A stretch of DNA of 64,000 bases from Nitrospirota bacterium. Lineage in GTDB: Bacteria; Nitrospirota; JACRHJ01. Shown in pieces: positions 51,301-61,277 of this stretch. A model generated the notes under the pieces. It searched no databases. It worked only from the letters and a program-made list of their open reading frames with translations, and was not told where the DNA came from. The position numbers and the translations under genes are program-made. The stretch covers positions 1 to 64,000 of the forward strand of contig CAWJRJ010000015.1 of assembly GCA_963845245.1 (NCBI GenBank), in the 5' to 3' direction. Each line of letters starts with the position of its first letter. The stretch's first letter is position 1.

Positions 51301-52514
51301 TGTTGCTCTTCTCTGACGGGACACCGGATAAGGCCGGCCTGTTCCCTCCGGACCGGCATGTACCACAGCACACCGTCAGCGATCATGAAAAGCCCCGCAG
51401 CGAAGAGCGCAAGGTCCACAATCGAAACGATGCTCACGCCGAAATACACCGTAAGGCCAAGCCCGAGACTTGTGAAGGCCACGCCTGTCCTTATGAAAGC
51501 CAGCCCTGTCCGGGCACGCGCATAAATGGTCCTGTAGCAGGCGTCGATGGTGCGCTGAGAGGCAAGCACGTTCCGCTCTCGCGCAAGGTGGGTGCGTTCC
51601 TTGCTTGCCGGTGATGGAAAGAGGATGGTGGAAAACGGCGCGAGGAAATCTCCAAGGCGCGCCAGCATCGTCTTCTTGGTCGGCGCAGCAACGCTTGCGC
51701 CTTCTATGAAGTGGTAGCCTTCAAGGAAGCAAATTGTTGCGGCGGTCACTTCGACCAGCGTATGGTGGCCGGGCTGCCGCATCTTGCGTCTTCTGATATT
51801 CAAGTACCCGCTCAACCCGTACACGGCTACTATAAGCCCTGACAGAAGCACCGCCCAGTGGAAGACGGCGTGCTTTCCAAGCTTGTCAGCCCGTATCAAT
51901 GCATCGGAGATAGCCACAAGCCCGAGCCCTCCACGTAAAGAGGCGAGGTCAGTCCTTGCGAGCGCAAGGTCCGTCCTGTAGCAGGCGAGCCTTGTGCGCC
52001 ACTGGGCCATTATATTCCTCCAGTACGCATGCCCCGTCCTTTCCGTGCCTATAAGACGGCCCGGCACGCTGTGCAGGAAGTCCTGGATGTACCAGCGTAT
52101 GTCCTCTGAAAGCGCCACCATGAACTCGACGTTCATACCCTTGAAGGCCTTCCCCGTCTCTTCGCGGACGCCGGGGTCGGCTGGGTTTCTTGCGGCGACT
52201 ATCACGGTGTCACCGTCCTTTATTACCGGGAACCACCTGCTGTAGAACAGGCCATCGCTGTCAAGCCCTTCGAGCAGTTCAGGGGGTATGGGCATCCGTT
52301 CGTCGTACTTCACCGAGGGTATTCCATAATATTCGGAGAGCGCCTTCAGCAACGCCTCCTTTGGCACACGTTTTTCCCTCAACAACACCGTCTCGAGGTC
52401 GAGGCCCCGTGCGACCGCAGACACCTGGGCGGCTTTAAGCTCCGCCTCGGGTATGAGGTTGCTTCCCGTCAGGGCAGCATACAGGTGGTCGCTGGTGCCC
52501 TCAGATATCATCAT
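51297..52514 (-). CDS. Membrane protein: GspE/PilB N-terminal-like domain plus two DUF202-like modules
   Basis: N-terminal LLKALSEYYGIP.V...FPV......VAA.NP; two runs of RTxLAxx heptads, each followed by a hydrophobic helix pair. Confidence 0.85.
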   Translation of the reverse strand: MMISEGTSDHLYAALTGSNLIPEAELKAAQVSAVARGLDLETVLLREKRVPKEALLKALSEYYGIPSVKYDERMPIPPELLEGLDSDGLFYSRWFPVIKDGDTVIVAARNPADPGVREETGKAFKGMNVEFMVALSEDIRWYIQDFLHSVPGRLIGTERTGHAYWRNIMAQWRTRLACYRTDLALARTDLASLRGGLGLVAISDALIRADKLGKHAVFHWAVLLSGLIVAVYGLSGYLNIRRRKMRQPGHHTLVEVTAATICFLEGYHFIEGASVAAPTKKTMLARLGDFLAPFSTILFPSPASKERTHLARERNVLASQRTIDACYRTIYARARTGLAFIRTGVAFTSLGLGLTVYFGVSIVSIVDLALFAAGLFMIADGVLWYMPVRREQAGLIRCPVREEQQ

Positions 52515-54138
52515 GGCTGAAGACCGCCTTTTTCCACTGCCTTACGGGCTTTCCGTAATCGGGGACCGTTATTTCCATGTCTGCGAAGCAGTAAGGGAAC
52601 TGTTTACGGGTATTGTTGGCGGGTATGTGCCAGTACAGCCCGTCGCCTATTATGGCAAACCCCGAGGTTATCATGAGCACGTCGAAGACCGTCCATGCGA
52701 TGCTTCCTGCCCCGAAGTAGACCAGCAGGCCTATGCCGACTGATGATATGCTCATGCCTGTCCGTATGAATGCCATGCCCGTCCGTGAACGTGCCATCAC
52801 CGTACGAAGCCTCGCCATAACGCCGCGCCTGTCCGCAAGCACGGTCCTCTCAAGCGCCAGCCCGGTCGTGGCCCAAATGCCCGATGCCTGGCCTTCCCTT
52901 ATGGGCAGGGGCTTGGAGAAGAAGTCCTCCGGGTCCGGCCCCTTGTGCCTGGGCGGGAACACGAAGTCCCATATGGTGTCCCTGCCCTCGGCGGTCTTTA
53001 TGGAGGCGAGGCCCTCCACGCCCGCGCTTCGTCCAGGGATGTACCAGTAAAAGCCCTCCAGGGCCATCAGTACGCCGGTAAATATGAGCAACGAGTCAAA
53101 AACCGTCCAAGGCCCAGTATGGAAGGACCGTATGAATGCGATGCCAAGGCCTACGAAGGCAATGCCGGTGCGCGCGAAGGCCAGACCGGTGCGCGCCTTG
53201 GCCATGGACGTCCTGTAGCAGGCAAGCGTCGTCCTCTCCTCGGCCATGTCAGTCCTGTCGCTCGCAAGGAACCTCCGCCTCATTACAGGCGAGAGGCTTT
53301 CCCAGTCTTCCCTGAGCGTTGCGGCCGTCTCGACCATCGCCGTGCGCATGAAGACAGGGTTGACGCCGGGGTTTGACGCTTCGAGGTTTGTCGTACCCCA
53401 GGTCGGTTCCGTGGAGCTGCAGTCGAGCCGGATCTTCCCGTATTGCCTGGTCGGGAAATACCACATAAGGCCATCAACCGCCGCCGCCGCGCCAAGCAAC
53501 AGCAGACCCGCTTCGGCTATTCCCAGATATCCCAACCCGAATATCCTGTATAAAAGGACAGCTATAGTGATGAACGAGATCCCGGTCCGCATGAAGGCCA
53601 GGCCCGTCCTTCCCTTGGCCAGCTCTGTCCGGAAGAATGCGAGCTGTGTGCGCCTGTTGGCAAGGAACGTCCTTACCTTTGCGAGAGGCGTCCTGCCCGA
53701 TGTGTTGGGTAGCCTGGGGTTTATGTCCTGATGGTTCTCTATGATCCTGACGAGGTCTGACGGGAGGGCGACCATGAACCGGATATTGTCCACGCCGAGC
53801 GTCTTTTTTACATCCTCGACGGTGGCGGGGGATTCCGGGTCGTACGCTATTACCTCGGCAGCGCCATGCCCCACTGATACGGGTATCCAGAGAGCGGTCT
53901 TGAACCTTTCAAGGTCCATCCCCCGCGTAACGGTCTGTGAGATGACTACTTCCTCGTCGTATTCGACAAACGGGCGGCCGTAGTGTTCCGAAAGGGAGAG
54001 TAGCACCTCGTGCCTTGGGACGCCCTTCAGGATCAAAATCTCTTCGATGGCATTCCCCGAACGCCTGGACTCCTCCTCGGCTTCGTGAAGCCCGGTCTCA
54101 GTCACAAACCCCCGCTGGATCAGCCTTTTGTGTTTCAT
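52501..54138 (-). CDS. Membrane protein: GspE/PilB N-terminal-like domain plus three DUF202-like modules
   Basis: N-terminal VLLSLSEHYGRPFV...WIPV.....VIAYDP; three runs of RTxLAxx heptads, each followed by a hydrophobic helix pair; paralog of the next gene. Confidence 0.85.
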   Translation of the reverse strand: MKHKRLIQRGFVTETGLHEAEEESRRSGNAIEEILILKGVPRHEVLLSLSEHYGRPFVEYDEEVVISQTVTRGMDLERFKTALWIPVSVGHGAAEVIAYDPESPATVEDVKKTLGVDNIRFMVALPSDLVRIIENHQDINPRLPNTSGRTPLAKVRTFLANRRTQLAFFRTELAKGRTGLAFMRTGISFITIAVLLYRIFGLGYLGIAEAGLLLLGAAAAVDGLMWYFPTRQYGKIRLDCSSTEPTWGTTNLEASNPGVNPVFMRTAMVETAATLREDWESLSPVMRRRFLASDRTDMAEERTTLACYRTSMAKARTGLAFARTGIAFVGLGIAFIRSFHTGPWTVFDSLLIFTGVLMALEGFYWYIPGRSAGVEGLASIKTAEGRDTIWDFVFPPRHKGPDPEDFFSKPLPIREGQASGIWATTGLALERTVLADRRGVMARLRTVMARSRTGMAFIRTGMSISSVGIGLLVYFGAGSIAWTVFDVLMITSGFAIIGDGLYWHIPANNTRKQFPYCFADMEITVPDYGKPVRQWKKAVFSHDDI

Positions 54139-54409
54139 GGGTTTAGTCCGGGGATGTTGAGGGCATCGATTTCGACTTCGTATGTCTTTGACGGGTGTGC
54201 ATGTAAAGCGTTGACCTGTATGTGTTTGACACAATGATAATTTTTTCATTATAATCTTCCTTCGCAACCAATGTCAATAAAGATGTATTTTAAGAATACG
54301 GGCGGCCCTTGCATCCCCGTTTATCCATGAAAGAGGTATACTGATTAATATAAATCCAGCAAGTAAAAGTTCCGGTGGCTGCAATTATTATCCCTCACGG
54401 AGGCTCATC

Positions 54410-54553
54410 ATGAACAAATTCTTTAGGGTGGGGTTGGGGTTGGCGTTTGGCGTGGCGGCGGGCATTGCCGTATACGAGATAATCAAGAGGCAGAGGGTAA
54501 CGTTTGAAGCCAGGCCGCCGTTTGCGGAAGCCGCCGAAAACGACGAGACCTAG
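54410..54553 (+). CDS. Small single-TM protein (47 aa), absent from the ORF track
   Basis: GGAGG RBS; MNKFFRVGLGLAFGVAAGIAVYEIIKRQRVTFEARPPFAEAAENDET. Confidence 0.6.
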   Translation: MNKFFRVGLGLAFGVAAGIAVYEIIKRQRVTFEARPPFAEAAENDET

Positions 54554-54693
54554 CAGCCTGCGCCGCTTTTGCGAAAGGTGCATTAAAGGAAAATCCTGAA
54601 TACCTTGTTTTATAATGCTTTGGGGTGATTGACAATCTAGGTAAGTCGTTTTATCATGAATCATCATTCAATGTACATTCAGGAGCAGACACC

Positions 54694-55413
54694 ATGCCTG
54701 AAAAGAAGAGCATCCTAATAGTCGATGACAGCCAGGCATACCTCTTGAACCTATGTACGCTCATGAGTCGGATGGGTTTTGGCGTTATCCCCGCCGAGAA
54801 CGGTCTTGAAGCAATGAAACTCCTCAAAATCAAGACGCCCGACCTCGTCCTTCTAGACGTCAATATGCCGATGGTTGACGGTATCAAAACCCTCCAGCAC
54901 ATAAAAGATACTACACCGAACATCCCTGTAGTGATGCTCTCGGCCGTCAATAACAGCGCAATGGTCGCGCGGTGCAAGGAACTCGGCTGTTCCGACTACC
55001 TCCCCAAGCCGTTCCATGTCCGCGAACTCCACGGCGTGCTCCAGGAATGGATATATCATCCTGTCGGCGGGAAGCGGAAGCACCTGCGGGTGGATATCGC
55101 AGCCACCGTTCATGTGCTTTTCAACGGGATGTTATACGGGCTGCTGTCCGAGACGCTGTCCGAAGGTGGCATATACGTCAAAATGGAAGTTCCTCTTCCT
55201 GCCGGTTCCCATGTCAGGATAACTCTAGAGGTGAGAAACGGGAAGGTACTGCTCCTGAACGGCCACGTGATATATACACGTGGCTTCAAAAATTACGCAA
55301 CGGACATTTCACCCGGCATGGCTATCGAGTTCACGGACATGAACGATGACGACGCGGCGGAGTTAAGCCAGTATGTCATTAGTCTCGTAAACGACAACCT
55401 GACGTACAACTAA
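54694..55413 (+). CDS. Response regulator receiver fused to a PilZ domain
   Basis: ILIVDDS, LLDVNMP and KP; then RKHLR (RxxxR), LSEGG and GMAIEF. Confidence 0.9.
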   Translation: MPEKKSILIVDDSQAYLLNLCTLMSRMGFGVIPAENGLEAMKLLKIKTPDLVLLDVNMPMVDGIKTLQHIKDTTPNIPVVMLSAVNNSAMVARCKELGCSDYLPKPFHVRELHGVLQEWIYHPVGGKRKHLRVDIAATVHVLFNGMLYGLLSETLSEGGIYVKMEVPLPAGSHVRITLEVRNGKVLLLNGHVIYTRGFKNYATDISPGMAIEFTDMNDDDAAELSQYVISLVNDNLTYN

Positions 55414-55415
55414 AT

Positions 55416-55955
55416 TTACTTACCGCTCTTCACGAACTTCAAAGCCGCGGAATTCAGGCAATAGCGAAGTCCGGTCGGCTTTGGGCCGTCGTCGAACAGG
55501 TGCCCGATGTGTCCTTCACACCTTGCGCAGAGCACCTCGGTGCGCGTCAGGAAGAAGCTCCTGTCCACACGGGTGATTACGTTCTCTTTTGCTATGGGCT
55601 GCCAGAAGCTGGGCCAGCCGGTGCCCGATTCGTACTTGGCGTCCGAGCTGAACAGGTCCAGGCCGCAGGCGGCACACTTGTATACACCCTTCTCGTGGTT
55701 GTCCCAGTATGCGTTTTCGTACGCACGCTCCGTTCCATCCTCACGCAAGACATCGTACTGCTCGGGCGTTAGCAGTTTTTTCCACTCGTCATTGGTCTTG
55801 ATCACCTTCTCGCTCATGATATACCCCTTCTTTTCCACCGAGTAGACCTTGATCATCTGTGCATGGCTTACGGGCGGTTTGGTCTCGGCGGCAGATGCGC
55901 TGAGCAAAACCAGACACAGGAAGGCCAAAATCCCGGGAAATATCAGTCTGAGCAT
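55416..55955 (-). CDS. msrB: Peptide-methionine (R)-S-oxide reductase with signal peptide
   Basis: [39 protein letters not shown]. Confidence 0.97.
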   Translation of the reverse strand: MLRLIFPGILAFLCLVLLSASAAETKPPVSHAQMIKVYSVEKKGYIMSEKVIKTNDEWKKLLTPEQYDVLREDGTERAYENAYWDNHEKGVYKCAACGLDLFSSDAKYESGTGWPSFWQPIAKENVITRVDRSFFLTRTEVLCARCEGHIGHLFDDGPKPTGLRYCLNSAALKFVKSGK

Positions 55956-56048
55956 GTCATTTCTCCTTTTTTTTGATATTGTATATATTATACCAATAAT
56001 GGATTAAGCCTGCGGGTTGGACGTAAAACACTGATTAGGAAAAAGTCA

Positions 56049-56915
56049 TTGGAAACAGTCAAAGCGGGTTTCGGGCATATCGGCCCGGTGATAATCCTGT
56101 CGGCCTATCTGGTACTCCTCATTTTCGAGACCGCCTTCCCGCTCCGGGCAAGGAAGCTGCCCAGGGCAGGACGTTTCGCGGTCAATGCCGTTATGACCCT
56201 GCCCGTATTTCTTATAGGAGGTTCGATAGTCCGAACCGTCGGCCTGTCCCTCGCGGCGTGGAGTGAATCAACACGCTTTGGGGTCCTTCAACTGGTGACG
56301 CTGCCTTCTTCCGCACGTCTCGTGCTGGGGTTCCTGCTCATGGACCTCTCCTTCTACTACTGGCACCGGATAAACCACGAATGGCCCCTGCTCTGGCGGT
56401 TCCATAACGTGCATCACTGCGACCCGGACATGGACGTAACCACGTCGTTCCGGTTCCATTTCATGGAGGTGCTGTACTCCACCGGTTTCCGGGCGGTGCA
56501 GGTGCTCCTCATCGGGGTTTCACCCGTCACCTATGCGGTCTATGAAATATGTTTTTCTTGCGAGACAGTCTTCCACCACAGCAACCTGCGGCTACCGGTG
56601 GCGGTCGAGCGTATGCTAAACAAGGTTATAGTTACCCCCAGGATGCATGGCATTCACCATTCGTTCGTTACGGAAGAGACAAACTCGAACTACTCGACTA
56701 TATTCAGGTGGTGGGATTCCATCCACGGGAGCCTGAACCTGGGCATAAGCCAGTCGGAGGTAACGATTGGCGTCCCGGGCTATAGCCTGCCAGACGACAA
56801 CAGTGTCCTAGCCCTTACCGCCATGCCTTTTAAAAGTCAACGGGATTACTGGAAGACGCCGGACGGAACTCGTCCGGTGCGCCCCGCACACGACAAAAAA
56901 CAGATGATGGAGTAA
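56049..56915 (+). CDS. Sterol desaturase / fatty acid hydroxylase family membrane protein
   Basis: His boxes YYWHR..H, FHNVHH, FHHSN and HGIHHS, followed by NSNYS. Confidence 0.92.
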   Translation: METVKAGFGHIGPVIILSAYLVLLIFETAFPLRARKLPRAGRFAVNAVMTLPVFLIGGSIVRTVGLSLAAWSESTRFGVLQLVTLPSSARLVLGFLLMDLSFYYWHRINHEWPLLWRFHNVHHCDPDMDVTTSFRFHFMEVLYSTGFRAVQVLLIGVSPVTYAVYEICFSCETVFHHSNLRLPVAVERMLNKVIVTPRMHGIHHSFVTEETNSNYSTIFRWWDSIHGSLNLGISQSEVTIGVPGYSLPDDNSVLALTAMPFKSQRDYWKTPDGTRPVRPAHDKKQMME

Positions 56916-56921
56916 AAGAAT

Positions 56922-57875
56922 ATGAGGACGTTTGAAGAAAATGTAGCGGAATGCTCAGGAGGTGCGCTTTACTGCCGTGATATCGGTACGCTTCAGGTCA
57001 ACCTCGGGTTCAGATGCAACCAGCAGTGTGCACACTGTCACGTATCGGCATCACCTGCGCGGACAGAGGCTATGGAGTTGCATACCATGGAGTCTGTACT
57101 TGCGGCGGCCCGTAGTACGCGGCCGAAGCTTGTCGACCTCACCGGAGGCGCACCTGAGTTGAACCCGCATTTCATAAAGTTCGTAGAGGCTCTCAGGACT
57201 TCCGGACACGAGGTGCAGGTACGCACCAACCTTACGGCCCTTCTTGAGCCGGGCCTTGAGGGCACTGCGCAGTTCCTGGCGGATTTCAATGTCGGGCTTG
57301 TGGCGTCCATGCCGTGCTATCTTGAAGAGAACGTGCGAAAACAGCGCGGGGCAGGCGTCTACGAGAAGAGCGTAGCGGCCATGAAGATGCTGAATGAACT
57401 GGGCTACGGCGTCAATCCGGAACTGAGGCTCGACCTGGTTTACAACCCCGGAGGGGCGTTCCTGCCGCCTGCACAGGCAGCGCTTGAGGTGGACTACCGA
57501 AGGGAGCTTTTCTCGCGGTTCGGGCTCGTGTTCTCAAACCTGCTCACAATCACGAACATGCCGCTTGGCCGTTTCTGGTCGGACATCAAAAGGATGAAAA
57601 AGGACGACGAGTATCTTGAGCTTCTTGGTGGTTCGTTCAACCCGGCCACCATCGAGGGGCTGATGTGCAGGCACCAGGTGAGCGTGGGCTGGGACGGCAG
57701 GCTGTACGATTGCGACTTCAACCTCGCGCTCGGCCTGCCAGTGAATGAGTCCGCACCGCAGACGATAGATGAGTTTGATGTATCGAGGCTCACAAAACGG
57801 AGAGTAGTGACCGGCCTGCACTGCTACGGCTGCACGGCCGGCTGCGGCTCGTCGTGCAAAGGCGTGCTGGTATGA
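56922..57875 (+). CDS. arsS: ArsS-like radical SAM/Cys-rich protein (arsenosugar biosynthesis family)
   Basis: TLQVNLG..CNQQCAHCHV, DLTGGAPELNP, MCRHQVSVGWDG.LYDCDFN and a C-terminal HCYGCTAGCGSSC. Confidence 0.9.
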   Translation: MRTFEENVAECSGGALYCRDIGTLQVNLGFRCNQQCAHCHVSASPARTEAMELHTMESVLAAARSTRPKLVDLTGGAPELNPHFIKFVEALRTSGHEVQVRTNLTALLEPGLEGTAQFLADFNVGLVASMPCYLEENVRKQRGAGVYEKSVAAMKMLNELGYGVNPELRLDLVYNPGGAFLPPAQAALEVDYRRELFSRFGLVFSNLLTITNMPLGRFWSDIKRMKKDDEYLELLGGSFNPATIEGLMCRHQVSVGWDGRLYDCDFNLALGLPVNESAPQTIDEFDVSRLTKRRVVTGLHCYGCTAGCGSSCKGVLV

Positions 57876-58549
57876 GAGGCCCGAATCCGCCCTGGCGACC
57901 CATTGCCCTTGTTGTCCTCATCGTGGTCCTCTTTGGGCTTTCCCTGCATTTCAATGTCGGCGGCAGGATAGGCGAGGCGCGCGACTGGATAGGCTCATTC
58001 GGGACCTGGGGACCGCTGGTATTCGGCATTATATATATCATAGCGGTCGTGGCGGCGGTGCCAGCCTCGGCGCTGACCATAGCCGCAGGCGCGCTGTTTG
58101 GCACCGTTACCGGCGTGATACTCGTAAGCATATCGGCAACGGCTGGTGCGGGGCTTGCCTTCCTGATTTCCCGCTACCTTGCGCGTGAATCCGTGCAGGG
58201 CTGGCTTTCAAAGAACGAGAAACTGAAACGGCTTGACCGCATGACCGAAGAGCACGGCGCGGTCATCGTCGCGCTGACGAGGCTGGTCCCAATATTTCCG
58301 TTCAACCTCCTGAATTACGGCTTCGGCCTGACCCGAGTGCGCTTTTGGACGTACCTGTTCTGGTCGTGGCTCTGCATGCTGCCGGGCACCGTCCTTTATG
58401 TTGCCGGTACTGACGTCGTCGTGCGCGCCGTAAAGGACAGGAAGGCCTCGTGGCCCGTCATAGCAGCCTTCGTCGCGGCGCTTGTACTGCTCGTGTTTCT
58501 TGTACGATTTGCCAAAAGAAGGATAAAGGCGGGGCCTCAGTCTTTGTAG
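57872..58549 (+). CDS. TVP38/TMEM64 (VTT/DedA-like) membrane protein
   Basis: P...LTIAAGALFG, AFLISRYLAR, RLVPIFPFNLLNYGFGLT; start overlaps the arsS stop. Confidence 0.92.
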   Translation: MRGPNPPWRPIALVVLIVVLFGLSLHFNVGGRIGEARDWIGSFGTWGPLVFGIIYIIAVVAAVPASALTIAAGALFGTVTGVILVSISATAGAGLAFLISRYLARESVQGWLSKNEKLKRLDRMTEEHGAVIVALTRLVPIFPFNLLNYGFGLTRVRFWTYLFWSWLCMLPGTVLYVAGTDVVVRAVKDRKASWPVIAAFVAALVLLVFLVRFAKRRIKAGPQSL

Positions 58550-59835
58550 TAGATTTCAGCCAACGTTTCGGGTTTGATACCCAACTTATAGAGTATTCTC
58601 AGGATCTGGTTTCTTATTACAGAATATAACGGCCCGTCCTTGATGTATTTCCTCGCGGATGTAATTGCTGTCTCCCTCAGTATGCATATCCTGTCGCTCC
58701 TCCTTTTTATCCTGCCCATCAGCTCCACGTCTTCCATCAAAGAAATTTCCTTGTAGCCGCCTATCGCGTTGAAGTACTCCCTGTTGATGAATATCGCCTG
58801 GTCGCCGAAAGGGATGCGTGTCATGCGCGACTTCAGGCTCCCGCATAATGTGATCAGTCTTATGTCGGGGCGGCTTGAATCGAGCATCAGGTCGAAGGCC
58901 CCGCCGACGTATTTGCCGTCTTCCAATGCGCCGGATATCAGTTCTAACGCGTTTTCCGGCAGGCGCGTGTCGGCATGCAGGAACAGCAGGGTCTCGCCGG
59001 CTGCAACCCCAGCGCCTGCGTTCATCTGCCTTGCGCGTCCAGACTCCGACTCAAGCTTTATCACCCCGCCGTCCCGTATGGCGTTCAAGGTATCGGCCTC
59101 AACACTGCCATCCACAACTATTATCTCACAGGCGTCCGCGCCATCTATTGAACGGACGTGTCCGATGACGGTATTAATGTCTTCCGCCTCATGAAGCACC
59201 GGGATTATTATAGACAGTTTCTTGGTCAGGAGCCCGTCCGGGAGGTATTCGAGGTCTTCAGGACTGTCGATGTCCCGGAGCCTTGGCAGGACGCTTACCT
59301 TGGCAACGCATCTTGCTAAAACATCCATCGTCTCGTCGAAAACGGTACCAGTGCTCCACACCATGCCCCTGAAAATTTCCGGTGTAAACTTTCCCGCATT
59401 GAACCCTATCAGGCAGTAGCCGCCGTCGAAGGTGGGGACGATCACAGCATCATGTTCATCCAGAGCGGCGAACGCCTCGTCCACAACCACTCTATCAAGG
59501 CCGGGTATGTCGCTCCCTATCAGCACGGTCTTTCCTGCCCCACCCGAGAAGGCATCCCTGAATGCGTTCTCCATCCGCTCGCCCAGGTCGCTGCCGCGTT
59601 GCTGAAAGTAAGAAAGTCCATCTCCAAGCCAGTCCGAGACCATCTCTTTCGCGTCAGGCGGATAAAAGCCGACCTTCAAGGTGTAAGTGCCGTCTTTTAC
59701 TGCGTTCAATGTGCGGACTGCAAGCGCCTTATGGATATTTAATGCGCGGTCCTCCCCGATGCCTGCTGCGAGGCGGGTCTTCACCGTTCCCCTGATCGGG
59801 GCCTTCACAAAGTATATGAGGCAGTAGTCGTGCAT
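58537..59835 (-). CDS. Fusion of a TIGR04282-like (DUF2064) transferase and a TIGR04283-like GT2 glycosyltransferase
   Basis: N half KAP..GTVKTRLA, Q.GSDLGERM, LIGSDIP, DGGY.LIG; C half LSIIIPVL.E, GRARQMNAGA, FLHADT, FGDQAIF, MEDVEL. Confidence 0.92.
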   Translation of the reverse strand: MHDYCLIYFVKAPIRGTVKTRLAAGIGEDRALNIHKALAVRTLNAVKDGTYTLKVGFYPPDAKEMVSDWLGDGLSYFQQRGSDLGERMENAFRDAFSGGAGKTVLIGSDIPGLDRVVVDEAFAALDEHDAVIVPTFDGGYCLIGFNAGKFTPEIFRGMVWSTGTVFDETMDVLARCVAKVSVLPRLRDIDSPEDLEYLPDGLLTKKLSIIIPVLHEAEDINTVIGHVRSIDGADACEIIVVDGSVEADTLNAIRDGGVIKLESESGRARQMNAGAGVAAGETLLFLHADTRLPENALELISGALEDGKYVGGAFDLMLDSSRPDIRLITLCGSLKSRMTRIPFGDQAIFINREYFNAIGGYKEISLMEDVELMGRIKRRSDRICILRETAITSARKYIKDGPLYSVIRNQILRILYKLGIKPETLAEIYYKD

Positions 59836-59933
59836 AATCAATGATATTGCTATTGTGCCTTTGGCGTCAAGGGGTTTGGATGATGTTATAATTATATTAA
59901 GATTTGCTTAGTTGTACGTACGAGGTGAGTCCC

Positions 59934-60552
59934 ATGTTTAAAATAACGCTTACATCGATTGCTTTTATGTTGATTGTGTGCGGCGGCCAGGATGTCTTGG
60001 CCGTTTCAAATACTTCATCTGGTGTGCCCAGATACGAGACGGCCATATTCGCCGGGGGCTGCTTCTGGTGCATGGTCCCGCCTTTTGAAAAAATGCCAGG
60101 TGTCAAGGAAGTCATATCCGGATACATCGGCGGACGCACGAAGAACCCGACCTACGAGGATTACGCGGAAGGGGGCCATGTCGAGGCGGTGGAGATAATA
60201 TACGACCCGGCGAAGGTCACATACGCCCAGCTTCTTAGCGTCTTCTGGAGACAGATAAACCCGACCGACCCGGGCGGGCAGTTCGTAGACCGCGGGCCGC
60301 AGTACCGCTCGGCGATATTTTATCTGAACGACAAGCAAAAGGCATTGGCCGAAAAGTCAAAGAAAGAGCTTGCACTGATCCGGCAGGTTTAAAAGGCCAA
60401 TCGTCACCGAGATAATCAAGGCCCCCACGTTTTACAGGGCGGAAGAATACCATCAGGACTACTACAAGAAGAACCCTATAAGGTACAAGTTCTACAGGTA
60501 CAACGCGGGCCGCGACCAGTTCCTCGATAAGGTATGGGGAAAAAACAGATAG
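59934..60552 (+). CDS. msrA: Peptide-methionine (S)-S-oxide reductase with signal peptide (indel near 60375)
   Basis: [13 protein letters not shown]...[19 protein letters not shown], then [16 protein letters not shown] in the shifted frame. Confidence 0.95.
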
Positions 60553-60555
60553 GAC

Positions 60556-61277
60556 CTAGTATACCTCGATGAAATCAACATAGGACACGGAGCGCTCTCC
60601 GGTGTTGTCCGAGTCGTTCATTATGGCGAGGCTAGCCTCGGCAGGAGGATCCTCGCCGAACGCGGCCCTGTAGTCGTTCAGAATGTTGGCCTCCTCGGTC
60701 TCCCACTTCCCGACCTCAGCAGGCCCGCTCTTTATTATCATTCTCGACTTGTCCGTATACGGGCTGGGGAACACCTTTCGCGCGTTCTCCCTGTTCGCCC
60801 ATATGTAGTTCAGCGAACTCTTTGGCGGGTACTCGCCGTAGATGAACTTCAGGATGTTGTATTTCACCCTTTCGCCGACGCCTGCCTTGTCCGGGTCGTA
60901 CCTGAATATTACGTACACCCTGATCGGGTAGTCGTCGCCTGCTTTCGACTCCCCGCCGTCTCCCTTTTTGTAGACGTTATCCGCCTTCCAGCGCCACCTG
61001 ATATTGGGGTGTTTGTAGACGTTGAATGACGATTTGTATACGATGGCCGAGGCCGAGGCGTCGCTTTCCGCCTTCAGTATATCCTTGCCTTCGCCCGGGA
61101 CTATCGAGTAGGTGGTATGTCTTTTTATCTTCGGGAAATAGAGCGGCTTCCAGTTGGCCAGGCTTTTGAACTCCTCGCGGAACAGGACCCCGCCAGCCTG
61201 TGCGGCGAAGACAGACGAGGCAAGTATGACCGAATCAGAAAAAGCAGCCCCGTTATGGTTTTTCCTGCGCGCCGCAT
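60556..61277 (-). CDS. DUF3047 family exported protein (indel near 61235)
   Basis: Signal peptide, then WKPLYFPKI, SLNYIWAN and LAIMNDSDNTGE. Confidence 0.82.
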
